A stretch of DNA of 64,000 bases from Candidatus Firestoneibacteriota bacterium (GCA_038042445.1 JBBTED010000018.1:24081-88080); one strand, 5' to 3'; shown: positions 48,364-58,325, counted from the first letter of the stretch. The notes: generated by a model not told the origin, from the letters alone. Made by a program: numbers and translations.

Positions 48364-49317
48364 ATGGACTTATTTGTTTCAATCATTATACCTTTTAAAA
48401 AATTCAATTCTTTTGTAGAAGAATGTGTTCAATATTGCAATAGTCTTGATTATTCTAATTACGAAGTGATTCTTCTGCCAGATGAAGATGAAAAGAAACA
48501 ATTCCCGAAAGTAATAATTCATCCTACAGGTGATATAGGTCCTTCTGAAAAGCGAAATATTGGTATGAAAATTGCAAAAGGCGAAATTCTTGCTATGCTT
48601 GATGATGATGCTTATCCTGTATCTCAATGGTTAAAAAAAGCAGTGCAAAATTTTGCTGATCCTGAAGTTGCTGCTGTTGGGGGTCCTGCAGTTACACCTG
48701 ATTCAGATGATTTTATGCAAAAAGCGAGTGGTTTAGTTTATTCATCAATTATGGCAAGTGGTGAGTATACATATCGTTATTTGCCAAAAGCAAGAAGGGA
48801 AGTTGATGATTATCCAACTTGTAATTTAATAATTAGACGTTCAGTTCTTGAAGAAATAGGTGGTTTTGATAAGAAATACTGGCCAGGTGAAGATACAATA
48901 ATATGTTTAAAAATTACAAAGGAATTACACAAGAAAATAATATATGACCCGAAAGTTTTTGTTTATCATCACAGAAGAAGATTGTTTTTATCCCATTTAA
49001 AACAAGTTGCAAGTTATGCCCAGCATAGAGGAAATTTTGTTAAGAAGTTCCCAGAAACATCAGCAAAATTATCATATTTCATTCCATCGTTTTTTGTTTT
49101 ATGGCTTATAATAGGTTTTATATTATCAGTATTTGTTTCCCAAATAACAATAGTTTATCAAATAATTTTAGCTGTATATCTATTATTGCTTTTATTTTTT
49201 ACCAGCTTTACTAATCTGAGGTTGTATCTAATTACTATGCTTGGTATATATATAACTCATTTTACTTATGGAGTTTATTTTCTTATAGGCTTATTTACAA
49301 GAGAGCTTAAAAGATGA
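48364..49317 (+). CDS. Family 2 glycosyltransferase with C-terminal TM helices.
   Basis: The start was placed at MDLFVSIIIPF, after the tRNA. There is a DDD(AYP) DxD-like motif and two or three C-terminal TMs. Confidence 0.7.
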   Translation: MDLFVSIIIPFKKFNSFVEECVQYCNSLDYSNYEVILLPDEDEKKQFPKVIIHPTGDIGPSEKRNIGMKIAKGEILAMLDDDAYPVSQWLKKAVQNFADPEVAAVGGPAVTPDSDDFMQKASGLVYSSIMASGEYTYRYLPKARREVDDYPTCNLIIRRSVLEEIGGFDKKYWPGEDTIICLKITKELHKKIIYDPKVFVYHHRRRLFLSHLKQVASYAQHRGNFVKKFPETSAKLSYFIPSFFVLWLIIGFILSVFVSQITIVYQIILAVYLLLLLFFTSFTNLRLYLITMLGIYITHFTYGVYFLIGLFTRELKR

Positions 49318-49324
49318 TAGATAA

Positions 49325-50026
49325 TTATTTTGTAGCAGTATGGATTGAAATTGAACCAAAAAGTAGTGGGTAATGTTTTACATCTTTAAAACCAAATGAG
49401 AGTAATATATTCTTAAGTTCTAATGGGGTGTGAAAATCTATTATAGAATTTGACAAATATTTATAAGCTTGTTTATTCCCGGAAATAAAATAGCCAAACC
49501 AAAATATAAACCATTTACTATATAAATGAAAAAATTTTCTTATTATTTTGTTTTTAGGTTGACTTGACTCTACTATAACAAATTTACCATTATAAGACAG
49601 AACCCTGAATATTTCTTTTAAATAAATTGCTATTAATGGATTTTTATATGTTATATTTCTAAAAGCAAAAGATATGCCAATACAATCAAAGTATTCGTTA
49701 GAAAACGGTAATTTTGAAGCATCTTCCTTAATAAATGAAATAATTTTTGAATTATTAGTTTTTTGTTTTGCTACATCTAGCATTTGAGCACTGTAATCCA
49801 AACCAATAATCCTTGTGTTTTTATCTGCTAATTTTGCTATATTAATTGCTAAATCACCTGTTCCACAACAAATATCCAAGACTGTTTTTGGTGATATACT
49901 AAAGCACTCTTTTGCTGCTTTAAATCGCCATTTGTTATCCAATCCTAAAGTTATAACTTTATTTATAAAATCATATTTGTTTGTTACAGATGTAAATATA
50001 TTATATAGAAAATTTGATTTTATCAT
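49325..50026 (-). CDS. Class I SAM-dependent methyltransferase of the UbiE/MenG family.
   Basis: It has VLDICCGTGDLA, plus post-I and motif II blocks. It is 233 aa long. Confidence 0.7.
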   Translation of the reverse strand: MIKSNFLYNIFTSVTNKYDFINKVITLGLDNKWRFKAAKECFSISPKTVLDICCGTGDLAINIAKLADKNTRIIGLDYSAQMLDVAKQKTNNSKIISFIKEDASKLPFSNEYFDCIGISFAFRNITYKNPLIAIYLKEIFRVLSYNGKFVIVESSQPKNKIIRKFFHLYSKWFIFWFGYFISGNKQAYKYLSNSIIDFHTPLELKNILLSFGFKDVKHYPLLFGSISIHTATK

Positions 50027-50033
50027 TATATTT

Positions 50034-50294
50034 GATTGGGGGGGTAGATGAGGGAACTTTTTCTCCTTCGCTCGTTTCTCTTGCTCCTCCGAAACCTGCC
50101 ACCCTTACTTTATCCTCGCTATCGCTTGGCGTTCGGGTTGGCTTCAAGTCCCTTTTATATTTGATTTGGGGTGGATGAGGGGACTTTTTCTCCTCCGTTC
50201 GCTTTGCTCACTCTTCCGAAACCTGCCACTCCTCACTTTTTCCTCGCTTTGCTCGGCGTTCGGAGTTGGCTTCAAGTCCCTTTTATATTTGATT
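50034..50294. repeat. Two tandem copies (the first degenerate) of a ~129-bp unit. Each copy begins with a 20-nt duplicate of the tRNA-His 3' end (TGGGGTGGATGAGGGGACTT on the + strand).
   Basis: The unit GGCTTCAAGTCCCTTTTATATTTGATTTGGGGTGGATGAGGGGACT recurs at about 50141 and 50270, with a degenerate copy at about 50034. The third occurrence is the tRNA-His gene itself. Confidence 0.7.
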
Positions 50295-50372
50295 TGGGGT
50301 GGATGAGGGGACTTGAACCCCCAGCCTCACGGGCCACAGCCATGCGCTCTAACCAGTTGAGCTACATCCACC
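50295..50372 (-). tRNA. tRNA-His (anticodon GTG) with an encoded G-1.
   Basis: The cloverleaf was folded by hand. The anticodon loop is CTGTGGC. The extra 5' G pairs with C73. Confidence 0.8.
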
Positions 50373-50383
50373 ATTTTACTTCA

Positions 50384-50460
50384 TGGTGCGCCCGAGAGGA
50401 TTCGAACCTCCGGCCAATTGATTAGAAATCAATTGCTCTATCCAACTGAGCTACGGGCGC
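50384..50460 (-). tRNA. tRNA-Arg (anticodon TCT).
   Basis: The cloverleaf was folded by hand. The acceptor stem is GCGCCCG/CGGGCGC. The anticodon loop is TTTCTAA. Confidence 0.8.
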
Positions 50461-50479
50461 ATATTTAAAATTTTAAGAT

Positions 50480-50557
50480 TGGTCGGGGCGCTCGGATTTG
50501 AACCGAGGGCCTCCTGCTCCCAAAGCAGGCGCGCTAAGCCAGCTGCGCCACGCCCCG
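50480..50557 (-). tRNA. tRNA-Pro (anticodon TGG).
   Basis: The cloverleaf was folded by hand. The acceptor stem is CGGGGCG/CGCCCCG. The anticodon loop is TTTGGGA. Confidence 0.8.
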
Positions 50558-50770
50558 ATTGTAAATTTAGATTCTACCCAAAAAAAAGTTTAAAGTCAAA
50601 ATATTTTTATGACAAATATTTTTTAAAACTAAATTTAAAAGATGCATTTATTCTAATAAAAATGTTATAATGACATAATTTTTTACTAATTTGGTAATCT
50701 TTCCGTATAAGGAAGTAAAACAAAATTATAGTATTCATTCTACGAATGATGAAAGGAAGGAAAGTAATTT

Positions 50771-52627
50771 ATGAAAAGGGATAACATAAGAAATGTTGCG
50801 ATAATCGCGCACGTGGATCATGGCAAGACAACATTGGTTGATGCAATGTTAAAACAGACACACTCAGTAAAGATTGGCGTAGCGTCTACAGATTTGATTA
50901 TGGACAGTATGGATCTTGAGCGGGAACGGGGTATTACGATTAAAGCAAAAAACGCTTCGTTAATGTATAAAGGAATTAAGATTAATATTGTTGATACTCC
51001 TGGGCATGCTGATTTTGGTGGCGAAGTGGAACGTACATTAAGAATGGCTGATGGAGTGTTGTTATTGATAGATGCAAAAGAAGGTCCTATGCCGCAGACC
51101 AAGTTCGTTCTAAAAAAAGCAATGGAACTTGCACTCAAAGCTATAGTTGTGATTAATAAAATTGACAAACCTAATGCGCGAGTAGATGAGTCTGTAAATA
51201 AAACCTTTGATCTTTTCGTAAAATTGAATGCGAATCATCTTCAGCTAGATTTTCCTATCATTTACGCTTCTGGTATTCGAGGACTGGCATCGAAATCTGC
51301 AGAGGATCTTCTTGCTAAGCTTGCAAACAGTGATACTCCTCCAGATATTTTCCCTTTATTTGAAACTATCATAAATAGCATACCTGCACCTGAAGTTGAA
51401 ATAAACGATTCTTTTACTATGCAGGTATTGGCTTTGGCTTACAATAATTACAAAGGACGAATGGGTATAGGAAAAGTGAAATTTGGGAAAATAAAAATTA
51501 ACCAGAATATGATGTTAATAAAACCAGACAATAGCAGGACAACTGATCAGATTAAAAGTTTGCAGATGTATGAAGGTTTAAATCAGGTGGATGTTGAGGA
51601 AGCCGAGGCCGGTGATATAGTGGCAATTGGCGGATTTTCGGATGTTCACATTGGAGATGTTATAACAGATCCTATAAATCCCAAAATTCTTCCTGCTGTA
51701 CAAATTGAACCGCCAACTATAAAGATGACTTTTGGCGTTAATACTGCACCTGGTTCTGGCAAGGAAGGTAAATTTGTGACTTCGCGAAATCTGCGTGATC
51801 GTTTAATCAAAGAACTTGAAACTAACGTGGCTTTGAAGGTTGAAGGATTAGATCAAGGGACTGATACTTTTTTAGTTTCCGGAAGAGGTGAGCTTCATTT
51901 GGCAGTATTAATAGAAACTATGAGAAGAGAAGATTTTGTATTGCAAGTCGGACAGCCAAAAGTTATTTTTCATGAAGAAAATGGCGTAAAGCTTGAACCT
52001 TACGAAAATCTTTTTATTGATGTACCTCGCGAACATCAGGGAACTGTCATTGAAGAACTTGGGAAACGCGGCGGTGAGATACTGCATATGGACGCAACTA
52101 TTGGTGGTGATATCCATGCCGAATATTTGATTCCTACACGCGGATTGCTTGGTTTGAAAAACCTACTGATGAATCGCACGCGAGGAACTGTTGTAATAAA
52201 CAACCTATTTGATTCATATAAACCTGTGCATGATATTGATCTGCGTGATAACGAACATGGCTCCCTTATAGCTAGCGAACCGGGAATATCTAATGCATAT
52301 GGATTGAATAATGCTCAAGAACGAGGTGCTTTATTTATAAATCCTAGTGTTGAAGTTTACGAAGGTATGGTAGTAGGCAGACATAACATTGAAAGTGATC
52401 TTGAGATAAACGTATGCAAAGGTAAAAAACAATCTAATATGAGAGCTTCTGGTACTGACGAGGCTATCGTTCTTACTCCTCCTGTTGATGTGACTCTGGA
52501 TTTTGCCCTGGAATACGTAGGCGCTGATGAATTGGTGGACGTAACACCGAAAAACATTCGTATTCGCAAGCAAGTTTTAACCTCAGTGAATAGAAAAAGG
52601 CAAAGAAGAAACGAGAAGGAGCGATAA
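50771..52627 (+). CDS. typA: Translational GTPase TypA/BipA.
   Basis: It has AIIAHVDHGKTTLVD, DTPGHADF and NKID, and is 618 aa long. Confidence 0.9.
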   Translation: MKRDNIRNVAIIAHVDHGKTTLVDAMLKQTHSVKIGVASTDLIMDSMDLERERGITIKAKNASLMYKGIKINIVDTPGHADFGGEVERTLRMADGVLLLIDAKEGPMPQTKFVLKKAMELALKAIVVINKIDKPNARVDESVNKTFDLFVKLNANHLQLDFPIIYASGIRGLASKSAEDLLAKLANSDTPPDIFPLFETIINSIPAPEVEINDSFTMQVLALAYNNYKGRMGIGKVKFGKIKINQNMMLIKPDNSRTTDQIKSLQMYEGLNQVDVEEAEAGDIVAIGGFSDVHIGDVITDPINPKILPAVQIEPPTIKMTFGVNTAPGSGKEGKFVTSRNLRDRLIKELETNVALKVEGLDQGTDTFLVSGRGELHLAVLIETMRREDFVLQVGQPKVIFHEENGVKLEPYENLFIDVPREHQGTVIEELGKRGGEILHMDATIGGDIHAEYLIPTRGLLGLKNLLMNRTRGTVVINNLFDSYKPVHDIDLRDNEHGSLIASEPGISNAYGLNNAQERGALFINPSVEVYEGMVVGRHNIESDLEINVCKGKKQSNMRASGTDEAIVLTPPVDVTLDFALEYVGADELVDVTPKNIRIRKQVLTSVNRKRQRRNEKER

Positions 52628-52770
52628 AAAAGTACAGCTAAAAACTTTACTGATGTGGTGCGATGTGGTGCGAATAAGCTTGTATTTTGACTTACCTTTA
52701 AGATATAATAAACTTTAATATGAATCATATTCAGAATGCAAATAAAATGACTAAAGGAGATGGTGTAATT

Positions 52771-53985
52771 ATGAATTCAACACAAAATAATTTTTCTGGG
52801 CTTGGTATAGCTCCGGGATTTTTTGAAGTACTCGAAAGATTAAAATTTCACGTACCAACTCCAATTCAGCATAAGGTTATACCTATAGCAATTGAGGGTA
52901 AGGATATTATTGGGGTTGCTCAGACTGGTACAGGTAAGACTCTTGCTTTTGGTATTCCAATGATTCAACGTCTTACTCAGAAAAAAGGTAAAGGTTTGGT
53001 TCTTGTTCCTACGAGGGAACTTGCCATTCAGGTAAACGAGGCTATTATAAAGTTTGCTTTGGCATTTAAGATGAGAACATCTGTGCTTATTGGTGGGGAT
53101 TCTATGTACACACAAACTAAGTCTTTGAGAAATGAACCACGTATTATTGTTGCAACTCCTGGGCGTCTTATTGATCATATTACTCGTCGTAATGTACGTC
53201 TTGATAATGTAGGCATTCTTGTTCTTGATGAAGCAGATCGTATGCTTGATATGGGCTTTGCTCCACAAATAGAACGTATCTTGAAGCTTGTTCCAAGAGA
53301 TCGCCAGACCATGCTTTTTTCAGCTACAATACCAACCAGTATAGTTAATATAGCAGCTACATATATGCAGTTGCCTGTACGTACTGAGATCGCACCTTCC
53401 GGGACAGCAGCTGAACTTGTTTCTCAGGAGATGTTTATTGTAAGTAAGGAATTGAAAAGCAAGCTTCTTGGAGAATTGCTTAAACAATATACAGGTTCTG
53501 TGCTTTTGTTTATGCGAACAAAAATAGCAGCGCAGAAAATTACACGTACTTTGCGAACAATGGGATATGCTGCAGCTGAAATTCATTCAGATAGAAGTTT
53601 GGGGCAACGTAAGGAAGCATTGCAAGGTTTTAAATCTGGTAAATATCGTATTCTTGCTGCAACTGATATTGCATCGCGAGGTATTGATGTGATAGGAATT
53701 GAATTAGTTGTAAATTATGATTTACCTGATGATCCAGAAAATTATGTTCATAGAATAGGTCGTACTGGAAGGGCTGGAATAAAAGGTCATGCTATTACTT
53801 TTGCAACTCCAGACCAAGGCGGAGATGTGCGAAATATAGAAAGAATTATTAGAACATCAATTCCTTTGTCTAAACATCCGGAAATTCCTGTAGAACGTTT
53901 TTCAGCCATAACTAAGACATTTGCATGGAAACATAAAACTTATCGAGGTAAACGAAACAGTTTTCATAGCCGTTTCAAAAGATAA
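52771..53985 (+). CDS. DEAD-box ATP-dependent RNA helicase.
   Basis: It has the Q-motif, AQTGTGKT, DEAD (VLDEADRML), SAT and HRIGRTGR. The start was placed after the strong SD AAAGGAG. Confidence 0.85.
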   Translation: MNSTQNNFSGLGIAPGFFEVLERLKFHVPTPIQHKVIPIAIEGKDIIGVAQTGTGKTLAFGIPMIQRLTQKKGKGLVLVPTRELAIQVNEAIIKFALAFKMRTSVLIGGDSMYTQTKSLRNEPRIIVATPGRLIDHITRRNVRLDNVGILVLDEADRMLDMGFAPQIERILKLVPRDRQTMLFSATIPTSIVNIAATYMQLPVRTEIAPSGTAAELVSQEMFIVSKELKSKLLGELLKQYTGSVLLFMRTKIAAQKITRTLRTMGYAAAEIHSDRSLGQRKEALQGFKSGKYRILAATDIASRGIDVIGIELVVNYDLPDDPENYVHRIGRTGRAGIKGHAITFATPDQGGDVRNIERIIRTSIPLSKHPEIPVERFSAITKTFAWKHKTYRGKRNSFHSRFKR

Positions 53986-54804
53986 TTAACTTCTGTTAAA
54001 ATTTATTATTGCTAAAATACTGGTAATAACACTAAAGGTTATTAATACTGATAAAGAAAGAATAACAGGAAATTGATTTGTTCCAAGCATGATGTGCCTT
54101 AAAATATCAACTCCGTAAGTAAGTGGATCTATTTTTACAAAAGTACTAAGCCATGAAGGCAATTTAGTAATTGGAAACATTGAACCGCTTAAGAAAAAAA
54201 TCGGCATTACAACAAAATTCATAATACTTCCAAATCCTTCTGCTGTTGTCATTCTGCTTGCAATTAATATTCCAAAAGAAGTAAAAGCAAATGAAATCAG
54301 AAACATTAAAACCATTACTTTCAAAACAATTAATAATGTAAGTTTTACGCCTACAAATGGCGCTAATATTAGAACTATAGTTCCTTCTAATAGTGCTAAT
54401 GTGCTTCCACTTATAGTTTTTCCTGCTACTATAGAAGTTCTGGAAATTGGTGCAACAAGAATTTCTTTTAAAAATCCAAATTCTCTATCCCATACAATGG
54501 TTATGGCTGAGTGCATTGAAGTGAAAAGTATAGCCATAGTTATAATTCCGGGAAAAATGAATTGGGTATAATTTATTCCTCCAAATCCGATGAAAGAACT
54601 TTTTAATCCATACCCCATTGTAAAAAGCCAGAGTAAAGGTCTGGCAAGAGAAGATAATAAATGTGTTTTATCTCTATAAAAACGTTTAATGTCTCTGAGC
54701 CATATCATATATATAATTTCTAAATACATTTCAAAGCCTTCTTTTTGCCATAACAATTCTTTTTGTAAATTCTCCGGAATCATTTGTGGTGTTTTTAACT
54801 TCAC
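53986..54804 (-). CDS. ABC-2 type transporter permease.
   Basis: It has six TMs and an ABC-2 pattern. The track start is a GTG that overlaps the upstream ATPase by 74 nt, so the true start may be an internal Met. Confidence 0.65.
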   Translation of the reverse strand: MKLKTPQMIPENLQKELLWQKEGFEMYLEIIYMIWLRDIKRFYRDKTHLLSSLARPLLWLFTMGYGLKSSFIGFGGINYTQFIFPGIITMAILFTSMHSAITIVWDREFGFLKEILVAPISRTSIVAGKTISGSTLALLEGTIVLILAPFVGVKLTLLIVLKVMVLMFLISFAFTSFGILIASRMTTAEGFGSIMNFVVMPIFFLSGSMFPITKLPSWLSTFVKIDPLTYGVDILRHIMLGTNQFPVILSLSVLITFSVITSILAIINFNRS

Positions 54805-55516
54805 GTCCTATTAATTCTAAAAATACATCATTTATGGTGGATTTGCCTGTTTGTTTTTTTAAGCTGTCTGGTGTATCTAATGCAATAATTTTTCCATAAT
54901 TTATTATTGCGATTTTATCGCAGTTTTCTGCTTCATCCATATAATGCGTTGTAAGAATAACAGTTATTCGATCTTTACGCTGAATATCTTTTATAAACTC
55001 CCATATATGATTTCTTGTTTGTGGATCCAATCCTAAAGTTGGTTCATCCAGAAAAAGAACTGGTGGGCGATGCATTAATCCTCTTGCTATTTCCAACCTT
55101 CTTTTCATTCCGCCAGAAAAAGTTCTAACTAAACATTTTCTCCTGGTAGTAAGATTAACCATTTCTAAAACTTCGTCTATTCTTTTTCTTCTTAAATCCT
55201 TTTTCATTTTGTAGATAATTCCATGAAATTCCAGATTTTCTTGTGCAGTTAAACGTTCATCTAAACTGGGGTCCTGAAAAATAATTCCAATTGATTTTCG
55301 GACATCTGAAGGATGTTTCTGAATGTTGTATCCATTTACAAAAGCTGTGCCAGATGTTGGCTTAAGCAAAGTACATAACATTTTTATAGTCGTAGTTTTT
55401 CCTGCACCATTAGGACCTAAAAACCCAAATATCTCTCCCTTTTTAACATCAAAAGATATGTTATCTACAGCAATTATATCCTTATATTTTTTTGTTAAAT
55501 TATGTATTTCAATCAT
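54731..55516 (-). CDS. ABC transporter ATP-binding protein.
   Basis: Walker A is GPNGAGKTT. The signature is LSGGMKRRL. Walker B is VLFLDEPT. Confidence 0.85.
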   Translation of the reverse strand: MIEIHNLTKKYKDIIAVDNISFDVKKGEIFGFLGPNGAGKTTTIKMLCTLLKPTSGTAFVNGYNIQKHPSDVRKSIGIIFQDPSLDERLTAQENLEFHGIIYKMKKDLRRKRIDEVLEMVNLTTRRKCLVRTFSGGMKRRLEIARGLMHRPPVLFLDEPTLGLDPQTRNHIWEFIKDIQRKDRITVILTTHYMDEAENCDKIAIINYGKIIALDTPDSLKKQTGKSTINDVFLELIGREVKNTTNDSGEFTKRIVMAKRRL

Positions 55517-55636
55517 ATTTATTTATTTTTTAATCATTCAAACAAATATTTTATCAAGTTCTAACTCTCTAGACAACAAAAAACACAAAAATTTAAAAAT
55601 GGGTCAGTCTTGTGTTTTTTTTGTTATATCGCGTAG

Positions 55637-55691
55637 GGGCGGATTTATCCGCCCAATAATTAAGGGCTGGCAAGTCAGTTCCTACTGACTT
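55637..55691. repeat. Two tandem GC-rich hairpins, GGGCGGAT-TT-ATCCGCCC and AAGTCAG-N6-CTGACTT, in the divergent intergenic region.
   Basis: Both are perfect palindromes in otherwise AT-rich DNA. They sit between divergently transcribed genes. Confidence 0.5.
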
Positions 55692-55765
55692 ATTCCAATA
55701 GCAATGCGAATAATCTTGAATTAAAATTTATATTCAAGGTATAATAAAGATTGGGGTGATAAAAA

Positions 55766-56512
55766 ATGATTTCTTTTATTGCATTTATTGGAGTTTTTTC
55801 TGTGATTGTACTTGTTCACGAATGTGGGCATTTTATTGCAGCTAAAAGATTCGGCGTAAAAGTTTATGAATTTTCCATAGGGTTTCCATTTGGCCCCCGT
55901 GTTTTTCTTTTTAAACATAAAGAAACAGAATTTACTTTGAGATTGTTTCCATTGGGTGGATTTGTGAGTTTTTCAAAAGAAGGTGATGAAAATACAGGGA
56001 ATTTATTTGAAGTTTCTAATTTAAATCGTGCATTAATTGTTTCTGCAGGTTCTTTTTTTAATATTATTTTTTCCTTTATAGTTTTTACAATGGTATTTTT
56101 TATTGCCAGACATCTTAATTTTATTGATGCTATAGCATTAACAGCTAAAACTATGGGAATAATATTATCCGGTACTATAACTACCATTTTAAATATTATT
56201 TCTGGAAAAGGTTCTATGGAAGCATTCATAGGGCCTGTAGGTATTGCTGTTATGGCAGGACAAGTAGCAAATAAAGGGATTTTAGATTTATTGTATTTTT
56301 CTGGTATATTAAGTATGAGTCTTGGAATAATGAATTTTATCCCATTTCCTGCTTTAGATGGTGGACAGTTATTTTTACTTCTTATAGAGGCAGTTAAGAA
56401 AAAGAAATTGAGTTTAAAAACATATCAAATAATCAATTCTATTGGTTTTTTACTATTTATTCTTTTAACAATTATAGTAACTTATAAAGATATTATTAGA
56501 TTTATCGCCTGA
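55766..56512 (+). CDS. M50-family (site-2 protease-like) membrane metallopeptidase, 248 aa.
   Basis: It has HECGHF (an HExxH in a TM) and a downstream ...LDGG motif. Confidence 0.7.
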   Translation: MISFIAFIGVFSVIVLVHECGHFIAAKRFGVKVYEFSIGFPFGPRVFLFKHKETEFTLRLFPLGGFVSFSKEGDENTGNLFEVSNLNRALIVSAGSFFNIIFSFIVFTMVFFIARHLNFIDAIALTAKTMGIILSGTITTILNIISGKGSMEAFIGPVGIAVMAGQVANKGILDLLYFSGILSMSLGIMNFIPFPALDGGQLFLLLIEAVKKKKLSLKTYQIINSIGFLLFILLTIIVTYKDIIRFIA

Positions 56513-56513
56513 A

Positions 56514-57692
56514 ATGACAGAAACAAAAATGCCTGTTGCGTTTCATATTATGCTTAAGCCAAGCGGTCCCGCTTGCAATTTAAATTGTGCTTACTGTTTT
56601 TATCTTGATAAACGATATTTATATCCAGATACTACTTTATTTCGTATGTCCGATGAGGTCCTTGAAGAATTTACAAAACAATATATAACTTCTCAGGAAG
56701 TTCCTGAGATAAATTTTGCATGGCAAGGTGGTGAGCCTACTTTAATGGGTTTAGATTTTTTTGAAAGAGCTGTGAGCCTGCAAAGAAAATATTTACCTCC
56801 AAGAACGCGTATATTTAATTCATTCCAGACAAATGGTATATTAATTGATGAAAACTGGTGTAAATTTTTAAGGGACAACAATTTTCTGGTTGGTTTAAGT
56901 TTAGATGGTCCTGCTCAGTTGCATAATGCCAATCGTATGGATAAAGGTGAAAAAACTACTTTTGATAAGGTACTCAATGCTTTAAAGCTTATGCAGGAAC
57001 ATAATGTTGAATTCAATGTTCTTTGTGTAGTGAATTCCGTTAATGCTAAGTGTCCAGTAGAGGTTTATAAATTTTTCAAACAGCAAGGAGTTAAGTTCAT
57101 TCAATTCATACCTGCTGTGTATCAAAAATCTGATGGAACTGTAACAGATTGGACTGTCCGACCATTACAGTATGGCAAATTTCTATGCGATATTTTTGAT
57201 GAATGGGTAAAAAAAGATGTAGGCGAAATATTTGTGCAGATTTTTGATGTTGCATTAGGCTCATGGCTTGGAATGGAACCTAATCTTTGTGTTTTTGCTA
57301 AATCTTGTGGAAAAGCACTTGCTATGGAACATAATGGAGATTTGTATTCCTGTGACCATTTTGTATTTAAAGAGAATTTACTTGGAAATATTTTAAAAAC
57401 ATCTGTTAAAGAATTGGTTTATTCGGATTTTCAGAAAAAATTTGGAACAGACAAATATGATGCTTTGCCAGAATACTGTAAAAAATGTTCAGTGTGTTTT
57501 GTATGCAATGGAGCGTGTCCTAAAGATAGATTTCGTAAAACTCCTGATGGTGAAGCTGGATTAAATTATTTATGTGACGGATATAAACAGTTCTTTACAC
57601 ATATTGATAAGCCAATGCAAATAATGGCTGATGAATTAAAAGCCGGTCGCTTAGCCGCAAATGTAATGCATCTATATAATTATAGTGTTTGA
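56514..57692 (+). CDS. Radical SAM/SPASM-domain enzyme resembling anaerobic sulfatase-maturating enzyme (anSME).
   Basis: The N-terminus is FHIMLKPSGPACNLNCAYCFY. The C-terminus has Cys-rich clusters (CDHF, CKKCSVCFVCNGACP). Confidence 0.75.
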   Translation: MTETKMPVAFHIMLKPSGPACNLNCAYCFYLDKRYLYPDTTLFRMSDEVLEEFTKQYITSQEVPEINFAWQGGEPTLMGLDFFERAVSLQRKYLPPRTRIFNSFQTNGILIDENWCKFLRDNNFLVGLSLDGPAQLHNANRMDKGEKTTFDKVLNALKLMQEHNVEFNVLCVVNSVNAKCPVEVYKFFKQQGVKFIQFIPAVYQKSDGTVTDWTVRPLQYGKFLCDIFDEWVKKDVGEIFVQIFDVALGSWLGMEPNLCVFAKSCGKALAMEHNGDLYSCDHFVFKENLLGNILKTSVKELVYSDFQKKFGTDKYDALPEYCKKCSVCFVCNGACPKDRFRKTPDGEAGLNYLCDGYKQFFTHIDKPMQIMADELKAGRLAANVMHLYNYSV

Positions 57693-57734
57693 CGCAATGT
57701 GATTTTATTTATATAATTAAAATTGAGGTGATAA

Positions 57735-57959
<225 letters not shown>

Positions 57960-57965
57960 AAGAAT

Positions 57966-58325
57966 ATGCGTTTTCTAATAGACGAGAATCTTCCAAGAAG
58001 TATTGTTGAAAAACTTATTACTTGTGGTCATGATGCTATTGATCTTAGAACAATAGGGAAATTAGGTATTTCTGATGAAGAAGTTATGTTTATTGCACAG
58101 AGAGAGAATAGAATCGTAATTACTGCTAATTATAAACATTTTGCAAATCTTATTCTTTTTCCTCCACAAAAATTTCCTGGTATAGTGGTTGTAAAAATGC
58201 TTCAATGTACTATAACAACAGTGATAAATAAAACTATAAGTTTTTTATGTTCAGCTGCAGAAGATACTCTTTTAAACACAACTGTTATTATAGAACCTCA
58301 TCGTGTTCGTAGAAGAACATTTTAG
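57966..58325 (+). CDS. DUF5615-family PIN-like domain protein (putative toxin-like).
   Basis: The N-terminus MRFLIDENLPRSIV is characteristic of DUF5615. It lies 6 nt downstream of the DUF433 gene. Confidence 0.55.
   Translation: MRFLIDENLPRSIVEKLITCGHDAIDLRTIGKLGISDEEVMFIAQRENRIVITANYKHFANLILFPPQKFPGIVVVKMLQCTITTVINKTISFLCSAAEDTLLNTTVIIEPHRVRRRTF

Noticed and set aside
50171-50670. Plus-strand ORFs of 84 aa and 63 aa.
   Set aside because: They overlap the minus-strand tRNA-His/Arg/Pro genes and the tRNA-derived tandem repeat. They are GC-rich only because of the tRNA sequence. They are not coding.
52663-52686. Tandem 12-bp direct repeat GATGTGGTGCGA x2 downstream of typA.
   Set aside because: Only two short copies are present, with no spacer structure or further repeats. 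It is not a CRISPR array and is probably a trivial duplication near a terminator or promoter region.
55323-55688. 121-aa plus-strand ORF.
   Set aside because: It runs antisense across the Walker A region of the ABC ATPase gene and ends in the intergenic hairpins. No independent support exists.
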